DNA of 64,000 nucleotides from an uncultured beta proteobacterium (GTDB lineage Bacteria; Pseudomonadota; Gammaproteobacteria; Burkholderiales; Burkholderiaceae_C): NCBI GenBank assembly GCA_963783785.1, contig CAWAOQ010000010.1, positions 139,316 to 203,315 of the forward strand, read 5' to 3'. Shown piece by piece: positions 59,179 to 64,000 of this stretch (position 1 is its first letter; each line of letters starts with the position of its first letter). The notes under the pieces were generated by a model. It saw only the letters and a program-made list of their open reading frames with translations, ran no database searches and was not told where the DNA came from. The position numbers and the translations under genes were made by a program.

Positions 59179-60059
59179 TCACTTCTCGCTGGCGCCTTTC
59201 TTGAAGCTGCTCGCAGGGATCACTGCGTGCGGCCACCTCGGTCCGGACCACGGCATCGAAAGCCGCGACCGGCGTCGATCCGTCGTCGTCCTCCAGATAG
59301 GCGACCGTGAACGTCCGGCGCTGATCGCCGTCGAGCCAACGCGGCACCCCGATGTCGCGGCGCACATGCCCGTTGCCTGCCAGCAGCACGACGCCACCTT
59401 TGGCATGCTGGCGCAGCGCGTGAGCCATGACGGCATCGCGGGCGAACTGCGCGCGGGCCAGCCGAGGCCAGGTGGCGGGCGGCAGCGCACCGCAATGGCC
59501 GTTGTGGATCTCGCGTTCCTGGGCCGACTGCCAGTCGTCCGCGATCGGCCGATCCAGCCCGAGCCTCGCGATGCTGGCAGCTGTCGAAGACCGACGCGAA
59601 GCCACCGCGCACGATCTTGGTCGTGTCGGCGTTCGACAGGTTCGCAGCGATCAACGGCACGTCATATTCGAGGGCCAGCGCAACGAACGGGCGATAGAAG
59701 TCCCAGTTCCAGCCTGCGCCGGGTCGCGCACTCGGTGGCGCAGCCAGGTCGATCACGTGCTGGGCGTCGGTGGGCCGTTCGCGACGCGCCCGTTCGATGT
59801 CGGCCTGACGCTCGCGGTCGAACTGTTCCATCGCGATGGCAGGCCGCCATCCCGCGACGAACGCGCGACGCAGCACCTCCAGCCGGAGCCGGTGCTGCTG
59901 CGCGTTGTCATGGACCTCGCCGAGCATGACCACCGCGTCACCCTGCAACCGGCCTTCCCAGCCATTGCGGGGCGTCGTCACCGTGCACGCACCGCAAAGG
60001 GCTGCCAGCAGAAGCGCCGCAATGAGTATCGCCCTGGCTGGCGCCGGCGCAAGTCTCAC
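59179..60059 (-). pseudogene. ChaN-like (DUF399, Tiki/TraB-type) lipoprotein with one clear and one inferred frame disruption
   Basis: GTG 60059 overlaps the upstream stop (GTGA). Lipobox LAALCGAC. GEVHDNAQQHRLRLEVLRRA...IAMEQFDRE is in the frame of ORF 59220..61736. It continues as SIARLGLDRPIADDWQSAQEREIHNGHCG...LLAGNGHVRRDIGVP in ORF 57395..59605 (junction about 59582). No in-frame stop follows, and a stop at 59179 is reached only after a further -1 correction near 59200. Confidence 0.7.
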
Positions 60060-60481
60060 GACGCCTGCGGCATGCTGTGCCACCAGATTTCGCACTTGGT
60101 GCACAAGCCGCCCGCGAACTCGGCCTTCAGCATGCCGTCCAGCACCATCCGGGGCAGTGGATCGCCCGCCTTTCGCGCCACCAGGTTCGTCCCGGTCGAC
60201 TGGGCCCAGATCCGGAAGAGTTCTTCGGATGCCACCTGGTAGGTGACGTGCCAGTGGGCGATGCCGCCAGCAGGCGAAGACGCCAGCACCTCGTAGGTGA
60301 CCCGGACCGCTTCCTGAAGCTTGACGCGGCGCCAGTACTCGGCCAACTGCGCGCGGCCGCGTTGAACGGCGAACGGCGTGTTGTGGTACTCGCCATCCGC
60401 GGCGAAGAGGGCCGAGAACCTGGCCTCGTCGCGCTGCTCCCAGGCCTCCTTGTAGCCCTGCATGAACTGCTCGATGTTCAC
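60056..60481 (-). CDS. NTF2-like (SnoaL-type) small protein
   Basis: The GTG at 60481 is preceded by GGGGAGAAG. Sequence NIEQFMQGYKEAWEQRDEARFSALFAADGEYHNTPFAVQRGRAQLAEYWRR... shows a typical SnoaL/NTF2 pattern. Confidence 0.7.
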   Translation of the reverse strand: MNIEQFMQGYKEAWEQRDEARFSALFAADGEYHNTPFAVQRGRAQLAEYWRRVKLQEAVRVTYEVLASSPAGGIAHWHVTYQVASEELFRIWAQSTGTNLVARKAGDPLPRMVLDGMLKAEFAGGLCTKCEIWWHSMPQAS

Positions 60482-60664
60482 AATGTTCTTCTCCCCAAGA
60501 CCCGCGCCCAGGCGCTGGCGTGGGGCGACATTCTTGCACCCCGATGCCGGCGCCCGCGGTGCCGCTGCAGCCGCACGGACGGGCGACCGGGCTGATTGCG
60601 GCATCTTCGATCCGGTCCTCGCTGCCATCGACAGCAGCGGCCTCCGCTCGCTCGCGACGTCGCG

Positions 60665-61813
60665 CTAGTTCCAGGCGCTGCCGACCTGCACGTAGACGAC
60701 GGTGTCCTCGGGGCCGCGCGCAACGTCGATGCCCGCATAGAGTCCCAGCTTGCGCGCGATGAGATAGCGCATGCCCACCCCGCCGGCGCCCACCGTCTCG
60801 GCGTCTGCGAACGGCACCGCGTCGCCATAGGCCTTGCCGGCGCCCGCAAAACCCACGACAGCCCAGCGGGGGTCGAGGTTGTAGCGCAGCTCGCCCTCCG
60901 CAACGAGCGCATTGCGCCCTTGGTAGCGCATCGCCGGCACACCGCGAAGCATGACGAATGGCTGCGCATAGAACGGCACCTGGCCACGGGTGAACTTGCC
61001 GTCGCCGCGAAGGCCGAGCACGACCGCCTTGCCGAACGGCAGGTAGGTGAAGCCGCGCGCAAACAGGCTGTCGAAGCTGGTCGAACCGCCGAGGCCCGGC
61101 CGCGCCACACCGAGGTCGACCTCGAGATAGCTGCCTCGAGACGGCGTGAAGATGTTGTCGCGCGAGTCGTAGTCCACGACCAGCGAGGCGCGCCCGATGC
61201 GTGACTCGAGTTCGGGCAGCGCAATCTCCGCCGGCCTGTCGAGTTCGAACTGGGCCGAGGCGCCGAGGTGGATGTATCGAGCACCGGCGAGCCAATCTGA
61301 CTCGCCGAGGCGCGCCAACCCCTGCGCGACGATCAGCGGCGCATCGAGCGCAAAGCGCCGCGGTGTGCCGCGCAATCCGTAGTAGTCGAGATTGAGATCG
61401 ACCTTGGCCAATGCACCGAGGTAGCGGAAGCGATCGCCGTGCAGCGTGCCGAAGTAGCCTCCAGCCACGCCTTGGCTGCCGTTGGAGGTCTTGAACGCCG
61501 CCACCCCGCCTATGTCCGGAACGCTCATTCGCTCGCCACGCGCCAGGCTCTTCTCGCGGGCCCCGGAAATGGACTCGCGGAAGTACAGCAGGCCGACGCC
61601 GCCGCCGGCACCGACCGCGGGCTCGGTGATGATGATCGGCACCGGCAGTGCCCCACGGTGCTCGAGCAGATGGTCGGACGCATCGAACGCACCGTCCTGC
61701 GGATCGACGAAGCGGTCGCTCCATGTGCCGGCGCACGCGGGAGCAGTCACGCCGCCGCCGAGCGCAGCGGCAAGCAACATGGCCAGTCCATGCCGGCCCG
61801 ACGGCAATTTCAT
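60665..61813 (-). CDS. BamA/TamA-family outer-membrane beta-barrel protein without POTRA domains
   Basis: 382-aa ORF with a signal peptide (MLLAAALGGGVTAPACA), alternating beta-strand pattern and a C-terminus ...TVVYVQVGSAWN ending in aromatic-x. It resembles the Bac_surface_Ag barrel (SRDNIFTPSRGSYLEV..., GVGMRYLIARKLGLYAGIDVA). Confidence 0.75.
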   Translation of the reverse strand: MKLPSGRHGLAMLLAAALGGGVTAPACAGTWSDRFVDPQDGAFDASDHLLEHRGALPVPIIITEPAVGAGGGVGLLYFRESISGAREKSLARGERMSVPDIGGVAAFKTSNGSQGVAGGYFGTLHGDRFRYLGALAKVDLNLDYYGLRGTPRRFALDAPLIVAQGLARLGESDWLAGARYIHLGASAQFELDRPAEIALPELESRIGRASLVVDYDSRDNIFTPSRGSYLEVDLGVARPGLGGSTSFDSLFARGFTYLPFGKAVVLGLRGDGKFTRGQVPFYAQPFVMLRGVPAMRYQGRNALVAEGELRYNLDPRWAVVGFAGAGKAYGDAVPFADAETVGAGGVGMRYLIARKLGLYAGIDVARGPEDTVVYVQVGSAWN

Positions 61814-62038
61814 GTCACTTCTTCGCAGTCGCAGCGGTGATCATCGGGGTCCCATCTCGCCACGGATGCGCTGTGCCCGCCGTGGCCTCGTCCATGCTAT
61901 TGCGCATGCCGCACCCAGGCTTGACCACCATCAACAGCGCTGTTCGACCCTCACTTGCGGCGAGGCGGCCGCCAGATCGGGATCCGCGAGCATCGCTGGA
62001 TGGTTGGTGGCCATCCGCGACCCGGAGACAATCGCGGC

Positions 62039-62407
62039 ATGGACAGGCTCTTCTTCATGCTCGGAAGCCTCAGCGCCTTCCTCGCGGTGGTGCTCGGCGC
62101 GTTCGGTGCCCACGCCCTCAAGGCCCGGCTGCCCGCCGACCTGCTGGCCGTCTTCGAGGTCGGCGTGCGCTACCAGATGGCCCATGCATTGGCGCTGCTG
62201 GCCGTTGCGTGGGCCCACACGCGATGGCCGGGCGGCGTACTGACGACCGGCGGCTGGCTGTTCGTGGCCGGCACGGTGTTCTTCTCGGGCAGCCTGTACC
62301 TGATGGCGCTGACCGGCACCCGCTGGCTCGGCGCCGTCACGCCGATCGGTGGCGTGGCCTGGCTCGCCGCCTGGCTGTGCCTGGCATGGGCGGCGTGGCG
62401 GGGCTGA
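62039..62407 (+). CDS. DUF423 family membrane protein
   Basis: Internal ATG of ORF 61955..62407: MDRLFFMLGSLSAFLAVVLGAFGAHALK...YQMAHALALL...GSLYLMALTG. Four TM segments. Confidence 0.8.
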   Translation: MDRLFFMLGSLSAFLAVVLGAFGAHALKARLPADLLAVFEVGVRYQMAHALALLAVAWAHTRWPGGVLTTGGWLFVAGTVFFSGSLYLMALTGTRWLGAVTPIGGVAWLAAWLCLAWAAWRG

Positions 62408-62416
62408 ACGCCCTGC

Positions 62417-63985
62417 TCAACCTGCCTTCGTCGTTGCCGGCAGCGCCACCATCACCGGCTGGCCGGGCTGCGTGCAGCCGCTGTCGCAGCAGCGGCCAGG
62501 CTGGCGGTTGTGCGTGATCGCGCGCGTTGCGTCGTGCAGCACGCCGCGGTCGAGCAGGCGCTCGACCAGCTCCACCTTGTTGCCGACCGGGTAATTGCGC
62601 CAGATCTCCTGCTTCATCGCCGCCGGCGAGCCGCCGCCGTGCAGGCTGATCACCGAGTACCAGCCGCCCTGGTACGAAGCGGTCAGGTCTTCGATGAAGC
62701 GCGCCACCTCGATGCGCTTGTCGTAGGGCACGGCGGGGTTGGCGCGCAGCACCTCGGCCAGCGTCGCGGCGGTGGCCGGGTTGTGGTCTTCATCCGGCCC
62801 GGGCAGCGCGACGATCAGGCCGCCCGACACTTCGTGCGCGAGGCGGTGCATGTCGTAGATCTGCGTGGCCAGCAGCAGCTTGCCGATGTTGGCGAACACC
62901 GGCTCGGGCATGAAGTTGCCACCGTGCTCGTCGCGCGTGCCGTACACGCTGGCGGCCACGCCGCAGGCGAAGAAGCCCTCGGTGATCTTGATCAGCTCGA
63001 CCATCGGCTCGCGCAGGCTGCTGGTTTCGCCGGGGTCGAAGCCGTTGGCCTCGCACATCAGCGCGCCGGCGCCGATCAGCAGGTCGCCGAAGCCGGCGCG
63101 GGCGCCGATGCAGGTGTGGCGGTGGTGCGTGGCGTAGCTGTAGGTCAACACATGGGAGTGCTCCCACTCACCGGCGACGAACACGCGCTCCCAGGGCACG
63201 AACACCTTGTCGAAGAGCACCACGCCGGTCGATTGCCCGTAGCGGCGCGAGAACAGCGCCGCGCCATGCTCGACCTTCTCACCCGGCCGCCCGGCGGGAC
63301 GCGCCACGATGGTGATGCCTGGCGCATCGACCGGCACCGCGCAGCAGACCGCGAAGTCGGCATCGGCCTGGCTCATTTGCCGGCCCGGCATCACGAGAAA
63401 CTCGTGCATGTACGGCGCGCCGGTGACGATGGCCTTGGCGCCCGAGATCACGATGCCCTTGCCGTTGCGCTCGACGACGTGCAGGTAGGTGTCGACGTTG
63501 GCCTGCTGATGAGGCCGCTGCGAGCGGTCGCCCTTGGCGTCGGTCATCGCGATGCCGAGCGTCAGGTCTTGGTCCTGCACATGCTGCAGGTAGGCCTCGA
63601 AGCGGGCACGGTGCTCGGTGCTGCCGCGGGCGTCGTCGATCCGGGCGCAGGCCTGCAGCAGCGCGTTCAGGCCATCGTGCGCCAGGTAGCGCTGCGCGCA
63701 GCCCGTCTCCTGGCACAGCAGGCGCACGGCCTCGAGCTTGTTGAGCAGGTCGCCGGCCGACTCGTCGATGTGCAGCATGCGATTGACCGTCGTGCCGCGA
63801 CGGGTTTGCCGCGCCGTCATCAGTGGCGCCACGGCAGGGTCGAGCGCGAAGTCGTAGCTGAAGGCCAGCGCGTTGATGCCGGGCTGCAGGCTCGGTGCGT
63901 CGGCCACCGACTCGATGCGCTGGCCATCGACGTACACCGTCGGCCTGTAGCGGCGCAGGGACTCGCGGTAATCGGCGCCGGTCAT
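62417..63985 (-). CDS. 4-hydroxyphenylacetate 3-hydroxylase / 4-hydroxybutyryl-CoA dehydratase family protein
   Basis: 522-aa ORF: YRESLRRYRPTVYVDGQRIESV..., VVERNGKGIVISGAKAIVTGAPYMHEFLV, LHGGGSPAAMKQEIWRNY. I recognise the family but cannot resolve the subfamily by eye. Confidence 0.75.
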   Translation of the reverse strand: MTGADYRESLRRYRPTVYVDGQRIESVADAPSLQPGINALAFSYDFALDPAVAPLMTARQTRRGTTVNRMLHIDESAGDLLNKLEAVRLLCQETGCAQRYLAHDGLNALLQACARIDDARGSTEHRARFEAYLQHVQDQDLTLGIAMTDAKGDRSQRPHQQANVDTYLHVVERNGKGIVISGAKAIVTGAPYMHEFLVMPGRQMSQADADFAVCCAVPVDAPGITIVARPAGRPGEKVEHGAALFSRRYGQSTGVVLFDKVFVPWERVFVAGEWEHSHVLTYSYATHHRHTCIGARAGFGDLLIGAGALMCEANGFDPGETSSLREPMVELIKITEGFFACGVAASVYGTRDEHGGNFMPEPVFANIGKLLLATQIYDMHRLAHEVSGGLIVALPGPDEDHNPATAATLAEVLRANPAVPYDKRIEVARFIEDLTASYQGGWYSVISLHGGGSPAAMKQEIWRNYPVGNKVELVERLLDRGVLHDATRAITHNRQPGRCCDSGCTQPGQPVMVALPATTKAG

Positions 63986-64000
63986 CAGCCTGGCGGGAGC

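Noticed and set aside
59220-61736. 838-aa ORF spanning the ChaN-like, NTF2-like and Omp85 regions.
   Set aside because: Only the segment 59583-60059 is genuine coding sequence (the ChaN-like N-terminus). The rest is out-of-frame overlap with the well-supported genes at 60056..60481 and 60665..61813.

Overview
GC-rich chromosomal core segment. The gene order looks like a Burkholderiales-type betaproteobacterium (ilvI-ilvH-ilvC-pssA-leuA; hupB-tRNA-Val-ppiD-tRNA-His; uvrC-pgsA; earP-efp); this is an inference, since I cannot search databases. I call about 60 protein-coding genes, 2 tRNAs, several intrinsic terminators and a few candidate regulatory sites. I see no IS element, integrase, prophage, CRISPR array or recognisable defence or toxin module. 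Most of the content is housekeeping: hopanoid-precursor genes hpnCDE, branched-chain amino-acid biosynthesis, an ECF sigma operon, NAD synthase plus P-II, soluble and membrane pyrophosphatases, several phospholipid enzymes, a PotABCD-like ABC importer, scoAB, Tex and SodC. The main technical feature is 13 to 15 single-base frame disruptions inside otherwise well-conserved genes, nearly all explained by one extra base. Several long ORFs in the supplied track (34523..37513, 52281..54824, 57395..59605) are therefore read-through artefacts. The most interesting biology: (i) an H+-pyrophosphatase that continues in frame into an Ala/Pro linker and an OmpA-like peptidoglycan-binding domain; (ii) an 18-codon leader ORF with five consecutive Leu codons plus a terminator directly upstream of leuA; (iii) a palindromic REP/MITE-like element with 32-bp perfect arms between the two permease genes of the ABC operon; (iv) two poorly characterised envelope gene clusters. 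The first cluster is MscK-like channel / PLD lipoprotein / metallophosphoesterase lipoprotein / Cys-rich module / TlpA. The second is Omp85-type barrel / NTF2-like / ChaN-like / a 559-aa unknown. Novelty of any of these cannot be established without database searches.
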